Shown here in pieces: positions 39,142 through 51,833 of a DNA stretch of 64,000 nt. Source of the DNA: an uncultured Pirellulaceae bacterium. GTDB taxonomy: Bacteria; Planctomycetota; Planctomycetia; Pirellulales; Pirellulaceae. How positions within the stretch are numbered: the stretch's first letter is position 1; every line of letters begins with the position of its first letter. The position numbers and the translations under genes are program-made. The notes below the pieces were generated by a model that was given only the letters and a program-made list of their open reading frames with translations, did no database searches and was not told where the DNA came from. The stretch is from contig CAYZHQ010000012.1 of assembly GCA_964477385.1 (NCBI GenBank), forward strand, positions 21,180 to 85,179. The letters run 5' to 3'.

Positions 39142-40056
39142 ATGGATACACGCCCACAGACCCCGCAACGGCTGGCGGAAAGTGTGTTTGCCGTCCCGCC
39201 GATGGCGCGGAATCAGGCCCTGCAAGTCTGCCCCGAGCAGAACCTACGGCTGATCCAGCACTTGGAGTCGGGCGGGGTGAATCTGTTGCTGTACGGTGGC
39301 AACGCGGTTTTCTATCACATTCGGATGGCGGAATACGCGGCGACCCTGCAGATGCTGGCCGAATCGGTCCAGCCGACCACCGGCGTCGTGCCTTCGATCG
39401 GCCCGGCGTTTGGCACGATGATGGATCAAATCGAAGTGCTGCGGGACTTTGATTTTCCGACCGTCATGGTGTTGCCCGCTCGTGACATTGCCGATGCCGA
39501 GGGAATCGCCCGCGGGATTCGACTGGCTGCCGAAGCGCTGCAGAAACCGCTGGTGGTGTACCTCAAATTCGACCGTTGGCTGCCGACACGGTTGGTCCGT
39601 TCGCTGTTCGATGATGGAGTTATCTCGTGGATCAAGTACGCGGTCGTGCGAGACGATCCGGCCGAGGATGACTACCTGCGTGAATTGCTGGGTGAGGTTC
39701 CCGGCGAACGGATCGTCAGTGGCATCGGCGAACAACCGGCGATCGTCCACATGCGTGACTTCGGTGTGGTCGGTTTCACCAGCGGTTGCGTCTGCGTGGC
39801 CCCCCGGCGCAGCATGCGGATGCTGAAAGCAATCCAAGCGGGCGACTACGAGACGGCTGAGGCGATCCGCCAGAGCTTTGAGCCGCTCGAAGACCAACGC
39901 AATGCGATTAATCCGATTCGCGTCTTGCATCGAGCGGTCGACCTAGCGGGCATTTCGCAAACCGGTCCTATGTTGCCTCTGCTGGGAGAGTTGACCAGTG
40001 AGCAAGAGGCGGTTTTGGGCCCGATCGCCAAGGACTTGTTGGCGATCAATCAGTAG
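39142..40056 (+). CDS. Dihydrodipicolinate synthase-family aldolase/dehydratase
   Basis: Class I aldolase layout, VVYLK, WIKYA candidate Schiff-base Lys, GFTSG. YGGNA replaces GTTGE. Confidence 0.8.
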   Translation: MDTRPQTPQRLAESVFAVPPMARNQALQVCPEQNLRLIQHLESGGVNLLLYGGNAVFYHIRMAEYAATLQMLAESVQPTTGVVPSIGPAFGTMMDQIEVLRDFDFPTVMVLPARDIADAEGIARGIRLAAEALQKPLVVYLKFDRWLPTRLVRSLFDDGVISWIKYAVVRDDPAEDDYLRELLGEVPGERIVSGIGEQPAIVHMRDFGVVGFTSGCVCVAPRRSMRMLKAIQAGDYETAEAIRQSFEPLEDQRNAINPIRVLHRAVDLAGISQTGPMLPLLGELTSEQEAVLGPIAKDLLAINQ

Positions 40057-40058
40057 GG

Positions 40059-41528
40059 CTAGGCCAGAATGCCTTCGACTAATTCGCCTTCGACATCGGT
40101 CAGGCGAAAACGGCGGCCTTGGTACCGAAAGGTCAGTCGCGTGTGGTCGATGCCCAACTGGTGCAGCAAAGTGGCGTTCAAGTCATGCACATGCACCGGA
40201 TTTTCGCGGATGTTGTAACTGAAGTCATCGGTCGCACCGTAAACCGTGCCCCGTTTCACGCCGCCGCCAGCCAGCCACATGCTGTAGCACCTTGGATGGT
40301 GATCACGGCCGTAATTGGTCGCGGTCAACGCTCCTTGGCTGTAAGCGGTGCGGCCAAATTCTCCGCCCCAGACGACCAGCGTATCATCCAGCAGGCCGCG
40401 TTGTTTTAGATCACGCACCAGCGCCGCCGAAGCTTGATCGGTATTCTTGCATTGCTTGCGAATCCCACCGGGCAAGCCACCGTGTTGGTCCCAGCCTTGG
40501 TGGAAGAGTTGCACAAAGCGGACGCCACGTTCCACCAGGCGTCGCGCCATCAAGCAATTCGCCGCAAACGTACCGGGCTGCTTGGCATCTTCGCCGTACA
40601 AGTCAAAAGTCGACTGAGGTTCGTCGGCAATGTTGGCAACTTCGGGGACCGAAGCCTGCATGCGGTAGGCCATCTCGTACTGGGCGATGCGGCTTTCGAC
40701 TGCCGGGTCGAGCGTTTGCTGATATAGGTTCTCATGCAGTGCTGCCAAACCGTCCAGCAGCTTCCGGCGGGCTGGACGCGAAATGCCAGGCGGATTGCTG
40801 AGGTACAGCACGGGATCGTTGCCGGCGCGAAACTGAACCCCTTGATGCGTTGTAGGCAAAAATCCGCTGCCCCACAAACGGGCGTACAACGGTTGTCCGC
40901 TGCCGTTCTTGGAAATCATCACGCAGAAGGCAGGCAGTTGTTCGGTTTCGCTGCCCAGGCCATAGCTGAGCCAGGCGCCCAGCGATGGGCGGCCGGCAAT
41001 TTGCGAACCCGTTTGCATAAAAGTGATGGCGGGATCGTGATTGATCGCTTCGGTATGCAACGACCGAATGACGCAAATTTCGTCGGCAATCTTGGAGGTG
41101 TAGGGCAGCAACTCGCTGATCTCGGTGCCGCATTCTCCGTGACGCGAAAACTTGAACAGCGACCCGGCCACCGGCAGGCTCGACTGATTGCCCGACATGC
41201 CGGTCAACCGCTGTCCACGGCGAATCGAATCGGGTAACTCGGTGCCATTGAGTTCATTCAGGAGTGGCTTGTGATCGAACAGTTCCATCTGCGAGGGGCC
41301 GCCACTCATGAATAGCGAAATCATCCGTTTCGCTTTCGGCGGATGATGCAGCTCCGTCAGCAGTGGCTCCCCCGCGACGGCGGAACCTTGCACGCGATCG
41401 CACAGCAGGGAAGCCAAAGCGGCCGTGCCGACTCCCAAACTGGCGTTACCAAACAAGTGACGACGGTTCAGGCGAACGGCTTGCGAGTCCACTCGTTCTG
41501 CTTCACGCATTAATTCTGGTTCACGCAT
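40059..41528 (-). CDS. DUF1501 domain protein
   Basis: [43 protein letters not shown] overlap with the upstream gene; alternative ATG at 41510. Confidence 0.93.
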   Translation of the reverse strand: MREPELMREAERVDSQAVRLNRRHLFGNASLGVGTAALASLLCDRVQGSAVAGEPLLTELHHPPKAKRMISLFMSGGPSQMELFDHKPLLNELNGTELPDSIRRGQRLTGMSGNQSSLPVAGSLFKFSRHGECGTEISELLPYTSKIADEICVIRSLHTEAINHDPAITFMQTGSQIAGRPSLGAWLSYGLGSETEQLPAFCVMISKNGSGQPLYARLWGSGFLPTTHQGVQFRAGNDPVLYLSNPPGISRPARRKLLDGLAALHENLYQQTLDPAVESRIAQYEMAYRMQASVPEVANIADEPQSTFDLYGEDAKQPGTFAANCLMARRLVERGVRFVQLFHQGWDQHGGLPGGIRKQCKNTDQASAALVRDLKQRGLLDDTLVVWGGEFGRTAYSQGALTATNYGRDHHPRCYSMWLAGGGVKRGTVYGATDDFSYNIRENPVHVHDLNATLLHQLGIDHTRLTFRYQGRRFRLTDVEGELVEGILA

Positions 41529-44500
41529 TAGTTTTGCCTCACACAAGGGGCGTAGTTCATGATCGCTTGAGCAATGATCGTCACGGCGGCTAATTCGTTA
41601 GGAGACACATCCTCTGCAGCGCGGAAATCGCCAACGGCCAAGAATTCTTCTGCCGCGGTGGTCTGTTGTGCAAACGTTTCTCGTTGTTGCTCCAGCAGCG
41701 ACAGCAAGACCGATCGCTCGCGCTCATCGGCGGGGCGTCCCAGCAAGATTAGGCAAAGCCGATCAAGCAGGGCGGCATCTCGATTCGCGGTGACCTCGGC
41801 GGTCTCTCGGAGGACGCGGGCCGCACAGCCTCGCGCCGACTCCACGGCCTGTTCATCGTTCAGCAGGACTAACGCTTGCAGTGGAGTTTGCGTCAGTTGG
41901 CGTTTTGCCACGCAAACTTCTCGATCGGGCGCATCGAACAGCAGCATCGACGGGGGCGGCGAAGTCCGCTTCCAGATTGTGTACATGCTGCGGCGATGAC
42001 TGTTGGCGCCCGGTTCGCGTTTGTAAGCTCCGGCGCTTTTCTCTTTCCACAGACCTGCCGGTTGATAAGGCTTGACCGGCGGTCCGCCCACGCGATCGGC
42101 CAGCAACCCGGCCGCGAGTAAGCCGCCATCTCGGATCATTTCCACCGACAAGCGACGCGAACGGCCGCGCGCGTACCACAGGTTCTCGGGGTCTTGTTCC
42201 CGCGCCGCCGCGTCGGCCACCGAAGACCGCCGGTAAGCGTCGGAGGTGACGATCAGCCGCGTTAGCCGTTTGATGTCCCAGCCGTGATGCTGCAGTTCCG
42301 CCGCCAGCCAATCGAGCAATTCAGGGTGTGTGGGCGGTTGCCCCTGGCTGCCAAAATCCTCGGCAGTGGAAACCAAACCGGTCCCCATCACATGCGTCCA
42401 GACGCGATTGGCGGCGACACGGGCGGTTAGCGGATTGCGATCATCGACCAGCCATTGTGCCAGGCCCAGTCGATTCGCCGGCAGGCCCTCGGCCATCGGT
42501 GGCAACGCCGCCGGTGTATTCGGTTGGACCGGATCAGCAGGAGCGTTGTACTGTCCACGTGACAACAGAAAGGTCGGACGTCGCTCCGGCATTTCTTCCA
42601 TCACCATGATTTCGCGGACGGTCGCGACGACGCGGCTGCGCGTCTCACGTGCCGATTGAACCGCCGCGGCAGCGGTCCGCGATGCTTCGTCAACGGCCGA
42701 ACGATACCAGTCACGCAGCAGGCGTTTGGCGGCTTCGGTTTCTTGAGGGGCAGCGTCTTGCCGAGCCGTTTCCCAGGCCGTGGCGATCGCCTGTGGATCG
42801 ACCAACGCAGCGATTTCCAGCGCCGACAAATCGCGTTCGTACAGCCGCAATTCGTCCACATGCCCGCCCGCGAATCCACGGTCTCGAAAACGAGCTCCCA
42901 CTGTCAATTCATTGGCACCGCCACCATTGATCGTGCGATCGAGTTGATCACGAACGACCGTCGTCGCGACCGGTTGGCCATCGACAAACAGCGACAAGCC
43001 GTCCGCGGAACTGCTGCCGTCGTAGCGCACGGTCACGTGCGTCCAACGATTTTGTTCCAGCGGTTGTTCAGCGACGATCCGCATCGCATTGCCGGGCCAA
43101 AAGTGAATCAGTGCTGCGCTCCAGCGATCGTCTTCGATCAGCAACTCAAAGCCGCGACTACCGGCGTCGGTCCAGGCACGGCTGCGATGCCAAACCACGG
43201 CCCGCTCGTGCGGCTGAGTCACCTTGATCCAGGCGGCGATGGTCCACGGATCGTCTCGCGTCCACTTGCCACCGATGGGCGTGGTAAAACTGTCTTCGCC
43301 GGTTAAGGCAAGCTGCTGGCCCGACGAGGTGCGATCATCCGGCACCAACGCAGCGCCCGTTTTTAAAGCTCCCTGCGCGGTATCCGGAACGGCGTTCGGC
43401 ACGCTGTTTTTGTCCGCGGTGTCAAAGGTGTAATGTCCCACCAAATCGGGATCGATTGCGGGAGGCGACGGATCAGTGGCCAACCAGTTTGAAAACCGTT
43501 GCTCGGTCTCCTGCTCGATCTGTTCGCGAGCCTCAATCGCCTCGTCCAGCTTGCCATTTGCGTCGGCCAGTTGTTGGGCTTGTGATTCGGTCGGCAACCA
43601 CAGCGTGGGAGTCGGTACCGCCTTGGTAAAGTGCGAATACAAACCCGATTCATCAATGTTGTTGAAGAAGGCGAAGAATTGATAGTAGTCCCGCTGGGAA
43701 ATCGGATCGTATTTATGATCGTGGCAGCGCGCACATTCGAGCGTCAGTCCCAGGATCGCGGTCCCCAGCGTGTTGACTCGATCGGCGACATATTCGACCT
43801 GGAACTCGGCTTCGATACTGCCCCCTTCATTGGTCTGCCGGTGATGCCGATTAAAGGCTGTCGCAAGCGTCGACTCACGGGTGGGCTGCTCAATCAAGTC
43901 TCCGGCGATCTGGTGTACCAAAAATTGGTCGTAGGGCATCGATCGGTTAAAGGCCTCGATTACCCAATCGCGCCATGGCCACATCTCGCGGTAAACGTCG
44001 GACTGGTATCCATACGTATCGGCATAACGTGCCGCATCGAGCCACGGAACGGCCATGCGTTCGCCAAAGCGAGGCGAAGCGAGCAAGCGGTCGACTTGTC
44101 GAGTGTAAGCATCGGGGGCTGTGTCGGCGAGAAAGTCAGCCAGTTCTTCCGGCGTCGGTGGCAAGCCCGTGAGGTCGAAGCTTAATCGGCGCAGCAACGT
44201 CGCGCGGTCGGCTTCGGGCGTCGGCTCAAGCTGCTGCTCGACGATCCTCCGCGTGATAAAACGGTCGACAGGGTGGTCGGGTTCAGGGGCCGGGCCGGCA
44301 GGATGGTCGATGGAAATGACGGCCGGTGGCTTGGCCACAATGGGACGAAACGACCAATGCGATTCCCAGTCCGCGCCCGTGGCAATCCACTTTTCCAGAA
44401 CGGCGATCTCGGCATCGGTAAGGGCCAAGTTCGACTCCGGTGGGGGCATTCTTTCAGACGGATCGTCGGACAAGATGCGGCGCATTAATTCGCTCTCCGC

Positions 44501-44743
44501 CGGCTTGCCAGGGGCGACAACCACCTCGCGCCCGCCGTTGTTGGCCGTGCCGAACAAGCCTTCGGGCGTATCCAATCGGAGGTCGGCTTCGCGACTCGTC
44601 GCATCGGGGCCGTGGCACAGATTGCAGCGATCGGAAAGCAACAGTCGAGCCGCGTCGCTGGCCGTCGCCGTCGCCGACAGCGCAGCGATCAGTAGTAACG
44701 GCCAGATGCAGCGGATCGCCGGTAAGCCAAGCGGTTGGAACAT
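41528..44743 (-). CDS. Cytochrome c + DUF1549 + LamG-like + DUF1553 protein
   Basis: [16 protein letters not shown], LamG-like [40 protein letters not shown]. Start 44743 or 44803. Confidence 0.92.
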   Translation of the reverse strand: MFQPLGLPAIRCIWPLLLIAALSATATASDAARLLLSDRCNLCHGPDATSREADLRLDTPEGLFGTANNGGREVVVAPGKPAESELMRRILSDDPSERMPPPESNLALTDAEIAVLEKWIATGADWESHWSFRPIVAKPPAVISIDHPAGPAPEPDHPVDRFITRRIVEQQLEPTPEADRATLLRRLSFDLTGLPPTPEELADFLADTAPDAYTRQVDRLLASPRFGERMAVPWLDAARYADTYGYQSDVYREMWPWRDWVIEAFNRSMPYDQFLVHQIAGDLIEQPTRESTLATAFNRHHRQTNEGGSIEAEFQVEYVADRVNTLGTAILGLTLECARCHDHKYDPISQRDYYQFFAFFNNIDESGLYSHFTKAVPTPTLWLPTESQAQQLADANGKLDEAIEAREQIEQETEQRFSNWLATDPSPPAIDPDLVGHYTFDTADKNSVPNAVPDTAQGALKTGAALVPDDRTSSGQQLALTGEDSFTTPIGGKWTRDDPWTIAAWIKVTQPHERAVVWHRSRAWTDAGSRGFELLIEDDRWSAALIHFWPGNAMRIVAEQPLEQNRWTHVTVRYDGSSSADGLSLFVDGQPVATTVVRDQLDRTINGGGANELTVGARFRDRGFAGGHVDELRLYERDLSALEIAALVDPQAIATAWETARQDAAPQETEAAKRLLRDWYRSAVDEASRTAAAAVQSARETRSRVVATVREIMVMEEMPERRPTFLLSRGQYNAPADPVQPNTPAALPPMAEGLPANRLGLAQWLVDDRNPLTARVAANRVWTHVMGTGLVSTAEDFGSQGQPPTHPELLDWLAAELQHHGWDIKRLTRLIVTSDAYRRSSVADAAAREQDPENLWYARGRSRRLSVEMIRDGGLLAAGLLADRVGGPPVKPYQPAGLWKEKSAGAYKREPGANSHRRSMYTIWKRTSPPPSMLLFDAPDREVCVAKRQLTQTPLQALVLLNDEQAVESARGCAARVLRETAEVTANRDAALLDRLCLILLGRPADERERSVLLSLLEQQRETFAQQTTAAEEFLAVGDFRAAEDVSPNELAAVTIIAQAIMNYAPCVRQN

Positions 44744-44989
44744 CGTCAGCAGGCGGGAGGTTTGCGGAAGGGGGTGGGTGCATCGTCGGGTGGGAAAATT
44801 CATGATTTCATTATAGTCAATCGAGCTGCCGATGGCACGTCGGGAAACCGCCGGAAGCAGCAGAAACATCTTCGCAGTCACGAAAATTTGGCGGTTTGGA
44901 CGGGGATTCTTACAATACGCTTATCAGCTTGCAGGTTCCTCCCCGCTGGGCTTCACTTTCTACCTCTTTATCTTTCTGCGAAAAAGCGA

Positions 44990-46090
44990 ATGCTTCCGTT
45001 ACAACCTTTATGCACCCTCGTTTGTCTGACGATCGGGATATCGATGGCGGTCTCGAGCAGGGGGACTGCAGCCGAACCGGCGCTGAACATCGAAATGCCG
45101 CCGGTGCTGATGAAGATGATCCGCAACGAAGGGGTCTGGGACGAGTTGGAGTTGACTGACGAACAGCAGCGTCAGCTCGAATCGGCGCTGCGGCCACTCG
45201 ACGCCCGTTGGTGGCCGTCCAGGATCGAACCCATGGCGGTTCGTCGCACCGTCGCCGCACAGGTCACACAAGACCTCAAACAAAAACTGCGCACGTTGCT
45301 GAGCGATGTTCAGTGGCAGCGTCTGCTGCAGTTGGAGCGTCAGGCGTTGGGGACACGGATGGTTTTTATGCCAGACGTCGCGCAAGCTCTGCAACTGACC
45401 GACACGCAGTTGAAGCAGTTCCCAGTCATTGCATCGGAGACCGACGCGCTGGTGCAAAAGGTGGAACAACGAACACTCGCCAACGAAGATCAGCAGACGC
45501 TGCGAGAAGAACTGCTCGCAGCCCAAGCTAAAGAACGCACCGAGACAGTCGGTTCGCTCACCGAGTCGCAGCAACAAATGATCGGTAAGTTAGTCGGCGA
45601 AACGTTTGACTTCAGTCGTGTCAAGCGAACGCACGCCGGCGCGCCGTCGTTGGAAATGGCTAACAGTCGTTGGCTTCAGCCCTTACCACAAGGCTCGCTT
45701 GAAGCGTTACGAGGCAACGTCGTGGCGGTGCATTTTTATGCTTTTCAGTGCATCAACTGCAAACGCAATTTGCCGCACTACACGGCCTGGCATCAGGACT
45801 ATGCGGATCAAGGCTTGGTGGTGCTTGGAATTCAAACCCCCGAAACCTCCGCGGAACGCGACCCACAGCAAGTCGCCGCCGCAGTGAAGGCCGCGGGCAT
45901 CAAGTATCCCGTGCTGATGGACGGCGCGTCGGAGAACTGGAAGGCGTGGGGAAATACCATGTGGCCCACAGTCTATTTAATCGACAAGCAAGGTTACGTG
46001 CGGACTTGGTGGCAAGGCGAACTGAATTGGCAAGGCAACGCTGGCGAAGCTCAATTTCGCAAACACATCGAAACCCTGCTCGCCGAGTAA
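44990..46090 (+). CDS. Secreted redoxin (TlpA/DipZ-like) with N-terminal helical domain
   Basis: HFYAFQCINC, GIQTPE, WPTVYLIDKQG, signal-like N-terminus. Confidence 0.88.
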   Translation: MLPLQPLCTLVCLTIGISMAVSSRGTAAEPALNIEMPPVLMKMIRNEGVWDELELTDEQQRQLESALRPLDARWWPSRIEPMAVRRTVAAQVTQDLKQKLRTLLSDVQWQRLLQLERQALGTRMVFMPDVAQALQLTDTQLKQFPVIASETDALVQKVEQRTLANEDQQTLREELLAAQAKERTETVGSLTESQQQMIGKLVGETFDFSRVKRTHAGAPSLEMANSRWLQPLPQGSLEALRGNVVAVHFYAFQCINCKRNLPHYTAWHQDYADQGLVVLGIQTPETSAERDPQQVAAAVKAAGIKYPVLMDGASENWKAWGNTMWPTVYLIDKQGYVRTWWQGELNWQGNAGEAQFRKHIETLLAE

Positions 46091-46140
46091 ACGCCAGCGG
46101 GTTCACCGTGACCGTGCGACGTCTTTACAGATCGCTGTCT

Positions 46141-48486
46141 TTACAGGTCGATCTTGCGCAGACGCAGGGCATTGCTGATCACCGACACCGAACTCAGACT
46201 CATCGCCGCCGCCGCGATCATCGGGCTGAGCAGGACTGTCAGCAAGGGATAGAGCAGTCCGGCCGCGATGGGAATGCCCGCGGCGTTGTAGATGAAGGCA
46301 AAAAAGAGATTCTGGCGGATGTTCTTCATCGTCGCACGACTTAGGCGAATCGACTTTTCGATGCCACGTAAGTCACCTTTGACCAGCGTCACTCCCGCGC
46401 TTTCCATCGCCACGTTGGTGCCCGTCCCCATTGCGATTCCGACATGCGCGGCGGCCAAGGCGGGCGCGTCATTGATCCCATCTCCCGCCATGGCGATCTT
46501 ACTGCCGGCGGCTCGCCATTCTTGAATGCGGTCGTGTTTTTGCTCCGGACTGACTCCCGCTTCGAAGTGATCAATCTGAAGGGCCGAAGCGACTCGGGCG
46601 GCGGTTTGAGCGTGGTCACCCGTCAGCATGATGACTTTCAGTCCCATGGCATGCAACGCCCGCATCGCCTCGTGCGTGGATGATTTGATCGGATCCACAA
46701 CCGCCAGCAGGCCGGCGACCGTGCCATTGGAGGTCAAGAAAACGACCGTGCAGCCTTGCTGCCGCAGTTCCGAGGCGCGTGCCGCGGCGACTGCTTCGAT
46801 CGAAATCCCACGCTCTTCCAGCAGATCCGCGTTGCCGATCAAGATCGATGCTCCATCCACTTCGGCTTCCACGCCGCGACCGGTGATGGAATCGAAGTTC
46901 TCGATCGCTTGGAACTTCAGTTCACGTTGTTCGGCCGCCTCGACGATCGCTCGAGCAACCGGGTGTTCGCTCTGCCTTTCGACGCTCGCTGCCAAAGCCA
47001 GCAACCGAGACTCCTCCCAGTCAGCCAGTGGAATCGTTTCGGTCAGCCGCGGTTGGCCTTCGGTCAACGTGCCGGTTTTATCCACCACCAGCGTATCGAC
47101 CTGTTCCAGCATCTCCAGCGATTCGGCGTCTTTGATCAAGACACCGCTCGACGCACCTCGCCCGACGCCGACCATGATCGATATCGGGGTCGCTAATCCG
47201 AGCGCGCAGGGGCAAGCGATAATCAGCACCGCGACCGCGTTGACGAAAGCGTAAGCCCATCGCGATTCGGCAGGTCCCCACCACCACCAGGCGAGGAACG
47301 TGACCACGGAGGCGACCAGGACGGCGGGCACAAAATAGCCGGAAACGGTATCGGCGATGCGTTGGATCGGCGCACGGCTGCGTTGGGCTTGAGCCACCAT
47401 GTCGACAATTCGGGCCAATGTCGTTTCGTGACCGACCTGCTCGGCCGTTTGCAGCAGCGAACCGGTCTGATTGACGGTTCCACCGATCAGCCGATCGCCA
47501 ACACTTTTCGCGACCGCTGTTGGCTCGCCGGTGAGCATCGATTCATCGACACGGCTGCGGCCTTCGACGACCGTTCCATCGACGGGAACTTTGTCGCCCG
47601 GCAGGATGCGCAGTAAGTCGCCCGTCTGAACTTCGCTCAACGGTACCGACTGCTCGGTTCCGTCGCGCACGATCCTCGCCGTCTCTGGGGCCAAAGCCAT
47701 CAGTTCTCGAAGTGCGTTGCCCGTCTGTTTTCTGGCTCGCAACTCCAGCAACTGCCCCAGCAACACCAGCGTCGTGATCATCGCGGCCGCTTCGAAATAC
47801 AGCGGGGTTTGGCCTTCGGTGGTAAAGGTTGTCGGAATCCAGTCGGGCAGCAGCAACGCCCACACGCTGAACCCGTAGGCAGCCAGAGTGCCGATGCCGA
47901 TCAACGTGAACATGTTCAGATTGCCGGTTCGCAAGGAGCGCGCCGCACGCACCAGGAACGGCCAACCACACCAAAAGACGACCGGCGTGGCCAAGCCGAG
48001 TTGCCACCAGCGGGCCGCCAGCGGGCTGAGCAGACGCTCGACCGGCAAACCGATCATCGGGCCCATGGCGATCGCAAACAGGGGGAGAGTCAAGACACAG
48101 GCGAGCCAAAATCGACGGCTCATCGATGTCCATTCGGGGTCGTGTTCCTCTTCCAGTGAAACCGAGTTGCGTTCCAAGGGCATGCCACACTTCGGGCAGT
48201 CTCCCGGGACGTCACTACCAACTTCGGGACACATCGGACAGATATAAAGGGCATCATTTTGCGGAGCCCCCGCGGCGGAGGGCGGACTGTCCGGTCCATG
48301 ACAGCAAGCGTGTGCCGGCGCGCCGATGCCGATCGAGTGAACCATCGGCGTCGAGGGATCACCAGCGTTTTGCAAGAATTTGATGCGACAGGAATCGCAA
48401 CAAAAATAATAGACTTCGCCGTCACGCTCGGTCGATATCGCGGTCGACTCGTCAACCGTCATGCCGCAGATTGGATCAATCGCCAT
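46141..48486 (-). CDS. copA: Cu(+)/Ag(+) P1B-type ATPase with YHS and heavy-metal-binding domains
   Basis: [14 protein letters not shown] (YHS), YICPMC..CPKCGM, TGEP, ACPCALG, DKTGT, SEHP, GDGIND, YN and MSLSS. Confidence 0.93.
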   Translation of the reverse strand: MAIDPICGMTVDESTAISTERDGEVYYFCCDSCRIKFLQNAGDPSTPMVHSIGIGAPAHACCHGPDSPPSAAGAPQNDALYICPMCPEVGSDVPGDCPKCGMPLERNSVSLEEEHDPEWTSMSRRFWLACVLTLPLFAIAMGPMIGLPVERLLSPLAARWWQLGLATPVVFWCGWPFLVRAARSLRTGNLNMFTLIGIGTLAAYGFSVWALLLPDWIPTTFTTEGQTPLYFEAAAMITTLVLLGQLLELRARKQTGNALRELMALAPETARIVRDGTEQSVPLSEVQTGDLLRILPGDKVPVDGTVVEGRSRVDESMLTGEPTAVAKSVGDRLIGGTVNQTGSLLQTAEQVGHETTLARIVDMVAQAQRSRAPIQRIADTVSGYFVPAVLVASVVTFLAWWWWGPAESRWAYAFVNAVAVLIIACPCALGLATPISIMVGVGRGASSGVLIKDAESLEMLEQVDTLVVDKTGTLTEGQPRLTETIPLADWEESRLLALAASVERQSEHPVARAIVEAAEQRELKFQAIENFDSITGRGVEAEVDGASILIGNADLLEERGISIEAVAAARASELRQQGCTVVFLTSNGTVAGLLAVVDPIKSSTHEAMRALHAMGLKVIMLTGDHAQTAARVASALQIDHFEAGVSPEQKHDRIQEWRAAGSKIAMAGDGINDAPALAAAHVGIAMGTGTNVAMESAGVTLVKGDLRGIEKSIRLSRATMKNIRQNLFFAFIYNAAGIPIAAGLLYPLLTVLLSPMIAAAAMSLSSVSVISNALRLRKIDL

Positions 48487-48629
48487 CAAAAAAAATCGTT
48501 GAAGGAAAAATCGAGGATGTCCGTTTGTCGGACGACAGGCAACCCCGTTGCCAGGACTCAGGCTTGCCACTTCTCTGCCTCTGGCCTGCCGTGCCGCCGC
48601 GCGGATCGTTGTACGACACGATACCGACT

Positions 48630-50024
48630 CTAAGGCGGAGGGGGAACGTCTTGCTTGCCGATCATGTCGATCGATCGCCAGCGGCCTTGAAAGAAACGCA
48701 ACGACATCATCACCGCCAGCATCCAGACCCAACCGGTGATCGCCCACCACCACCAACGCAGCGCTCCCTCGTCGGGTTCGAAGATGGCACCGATGACCAC
48801 CGCGATGACAGAGCATGCTGCCGTGCCGAGCAGCACAAACCAGGTGTCGCCAGCACCTCGCAGCGCCCCGGCTAAAATCAGTTGAGTCGCATCGAACAGC
48901 ACGTACAGAGCGACAAAGCCCAGTAGATTGCGGGCGATCACGATCGATGCTTCGGAGCCCGCATCGACTTCGCCCAGCCGGTACAGCGACAGCAGCCAGT
49001 CGGGCAGCGCTACATACAGCAGCGCCCACAGTCCCGAATAGATCATGGCCAATGCCCAGGCACTCTTGACAGCATGTTGAGCCAACGCCGGGCCGCTTTG
49101 TGTCAAATGACGTCCGACCAGCACCGAGGCGGCGATCGAAAGTCCAACGAGGGGAATAAAGGCGATCATGTTGAAGTTGATCGCCATCGTCGTCGCACGC
49201 AGGGGGAGGTCTCCTAGCGAACCGATTTGCAACACGATCAAGGTGAATCCGCCCGCTTCGACGAGGAATTGCAAGCCGGCAGGCAGCCCATAGAACAACA
49301 GCTTTTTAAGCAGCGGGAAATCAAACACACAGCCGCTACGGAAGCCAAACGTTTGTTCATCGGCCTGCCGGGCGATCAGGACCACAAACAAGATCGCTTT
49401 GAACCAAAACGAAATGGAACTCGCGATGCCGGCACCCACGATTCCCAGTTCGGGCAAGGGACCGATGCCGAACACCAAGCCCACGTCCAGCACGATGTTT
49501 AAGCACGCTGAAGCGATGCTGGCCCACATAATGGTTTGGGTTTGTTCCGTACCGCTGAAGAAACCGCTGAGCGCGGTGTCGATGACCGAACCGACCGCGC
49601 CGATCAGCAGGATCCGCAAATAGATCGACTCCATGGGGATCAAGTTAGCCGGCTGGGAGGCAAGTTCAAACAGCCAGGGCGTGATGATGGCGATGCCCGC
49701 AAAGACCGGTGCGGTCATCAACGATAGCCACACCGCTTGCCATAAAAATCGCCCAATCTTGTGCTGTTGATTGGCGCCGACATATTGAGCCACAAAAGCG
49801 CCGGTCATCGATGCCACGCCGACGGGCAGGCAAATCAGTGACCAGAACAGATTGCCGGCAGCCATCGAAGCTCCCATGGCCGACCCGTCGTACCACAGCA
49901 ACAGTGTCCGGTCGATAAACAGCACCAGCGAAAAAGTGCCGGTGCTGATCATCAGCGGCAGCGCGACGCGAAGGACACTGGAGATTCCGGCTGGGCCGCC
50001 AAACAGGCGTTTCAGCCCGTTCAC
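48630..50024 (-). CDS. MATE family efflux transporter
   Basis: Many TM segments, [30 protein letters not shown] overlap with the rhomboid stop. Confidence 0.92.
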   Translation of the reverse strand: MNGLKRLFGGPAGISSVLRVALPLMISTGTFSLVLFIDRTLLLWYDGSAMGASMAAGNLFWSLICLPVGVASMTGAFVAQYVGANQQHKIGRFLWQAVWLSLMTAPVFAGIAIITPWLFELASQPANLIPMESIYLRILLIGAVGSVIDTALSGFFSGTEQTQTIMWASIASACLNIVLDVGLVFGIGPLPELGIVGAGIASSISFWFKAILFVVLIARQADEQTFGFRSGCVFDFPLLKKLLFYGLPAGLQFLVEAGGFTLIVLQIGSLGDLPLRATTMAINFNMIAFIPLVGLSIAASVLVGRHLTQSGPALAQHAVKSAWALAMIYSGLWALLYVALPDWLLSLYRLGEVDAGSEASIVIARNLLGFVALYVLFDATQLILAGALRGAGDTWFVLLGTAACSVIAVVIGAIFEPDEGALRWWWWAITGWVWMLAVMMSLRFFQGRWRSIDMIGKQDVPPPP

Positions 50025-51028
50025 GATGGCGGCCAAAACCGAATCGCCAAGGGGACGATTGTCATTCCCGCCAGCAGTCCACCGACGTGAGCCGCGTTTG
50101 CGATCCCGGGGATCAACGGGGTCATGCAGAGAAACATCCAGCCCAAGATCATCACCACGCTGCCGCGCGGAATCCGAATCGGGTACATCGGTTCCAGCAT
50201 CGGACGCACCCACAGGTAGCCAAACAAACCAAAGATGGCGCCCGAGGCTCCCAGCGCGATCGGCGTTCCGCCCAGCGAGGGCGGAACGAGGGCTTGGACA
50301 AGCGACCCCACGGCTCCGGTGAACAGAATCGCAGCGAGCAAAAACCATTTGCCATGCAGACGCTCGATGATGCCTCCCAGCGAATACATCGCCAGCATAT
50401 TGAAAGCCAGGTGCATGATGTTGCCATGCAGCAATACCGGGGTGACCAAACGCCAGAGCTCGCCCCGCTTCAGTCTCGCCAGTGGGTCTTTATTGCCCAG
50501 CGAGGGGCGTTTGTAGTCGGGGCGGTACTCGAAGGGGTCGACTAACATCAAGGCGCGGTAGACCGCACTGGCGGTGGTGTTTTCGAATTGGAAGACGATC
50601 TCGCCGTCCGCATTGATCCTTTCCGAACGCATCACACTGACGTCGCCGAACTTGGTGATCAGCGAGACGATGGCGGCCAGGATGATAAAGCCGATCGTCA
50701 GGGGAATCTGACGCGACATCATGCTGCCCAAACCACCTCGCGGCATCGTCTGTTGCAGTTTGGCGCGTCGCTGCAAATCTTGCGACTGTCGTTTGCGGAT
50801 TTCGTTCGCCGCCGCGGTTGCCTCGAAACGCGGGTCGCCGGGGGCTTCGCGGAATTCCGCCAGGATCTGCTTGGCGCTGTCGAACTGGTCTTCCTCACGC
50901 ACCCACAATTCCCAGCCGTCGCGAGGGTCGGCCGCCACATCCATGACGGCGACGATTCGCTGCGTGAGCAAGTAGTCGATCAAACGCTTTGCATCGATTT
51001 CGTCGCGTATCGCGCCAAACTTCCGCAT
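50021..51028 (-). CDS. Rhomboid intramembrane serine protease (GlpG-like)
   Basis: GELWRL, HGNIMHLAFN, GASG, AHVGG. Confidence 0.93.
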   Translation of the reverse strand: MRKFGAIRDEIDAKRLIDYLLTQRIVAVMDVAADPRDGWELWVREEDQFDSAKQILAEFREAPGDPRFEATAAANEIRKRQSQDLQRRAKLQQTMPRGGLGSMMSRQIPLTIGFIILAAIVSLITKFGDVSVMRSERINADGEIVFQFENTTASAVYRALMLVDPFEYRPDYKRPSLGNKDPLARLKRGELWRLVTPVLLHGNIMHLAFNMLAMYSLGGIIERLHGKWFLLAAILFTGAVGSLVQALVPPSLGGTPIALGASGAIFGLFGYLWVRPMLEPMYPIRIPRGSVVMILGWMFLCMTPLIPGIANAAHVGGLLAGMTIVPLAIRFWPPS

Positions 51029-51056
51029 CAATCTATCCGTTTCGGTATCTTGAAAG

Positions 51057-51833
51057 CTATTGAACTTGTTGCCGCAGCCATTCCGCATCGCGGTAGTAGT
51101 CCGCAAATTCCAACTTAGAGGCTGCCGCCGCATCGAGCACCGCCAGGGTGTTGGGGTGCCACTGCAAAGCCGAGGCGGTCACGCGAGCTGTCACCGGGCC
51201 TTCGATGGCATCACGAATGGCGGTCGCCTTATTTTCGCCGGTCGCCAATAGCAGGCACTGTTTCGCTTCCATGATCGTGCCAACTCCCATCGTGATCGCC
51301 AACCGGGGTACGTCGCTTTCGCTACCGAAGAACCTCGCGTTATCGCGAATCGTTTCGGCCGCTAAAGATTTTAGCCGCGTGCGGCTGGCCAAGGACGACC
51401 CCGGTTCATTGAACGCGATATGGCCGTCGGTGCCGATGCCTAACAACTGTAGATCAATCCCGCCCGCTTGACGAATCAACCGCTCATAATGCTCGCAAAA
51501 CGCGTCGCAGTCGTCGGTCATCCCGTCAGGGACGTGCGTCTGTTCCTGCGGAATATTAATTTTTTCGAACAGTTGTTCCTGCATGAATTGACGATAACTG
51601 TTTGGGTCCGACGCCGGTAAGCGGTAGTACTCGTCAAGATTGAAGGTCCGAATGGCCGAAAAATCGAGTCCATCGGTTTGGTGCAGGCGAATCAACTCGC
51701 GGTAGCAACGAACCGGCGTCCCTCCGGTGGCCAGCCCCAGCACCGCTGCGGGTTGCTGTCGGACCACATTGGCAATTTGGTCTGCCGCCCACACTCCGGC
51801 GGCATCCGCCGATTCCAGAATCATGACTCTCAC
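51057..51833 (-). CDS. nagB: Glucosamine-6-phosphate deaminase
   Basis: LGLATGGTP, FNLDEY, LGIGTDGHIAFNEPG, ITMGVGTI. AAGGGAGA lies upstream of GTG 51833. Confidence 0.96.
   Translation of the reverse strand: MRVMILESADAAGVWAADQIANVVRQQPAAVLGLATGGTPVRCYRELIRLHQTDGLDFSAIRTFNLDEYYRLPASDPNSYRQFMQEQLFEKINIPQEQTHVPDGMTDDCDAFCEHYERLIRQAGGIDLQLLGIGTDGHIAFNEPGSSLASRTRLKSLAAETIRDNARFFGSESDVPRLAITMGVGTIMEAKQCLLLATGENKATAIRDAIEGPVTARVTASALQWHPNTLAVLDAAAASKLEFADYYRDAEWLRQQVQ

Noticed and set aside
48487..49029. Long N-terminal extensions given for copA (also 9461-9697, 12541-12810, 50025-50348)
   Set aside because: They overlap neighbouring genes or precede the family start and signal peptide; downstream starts fit better.
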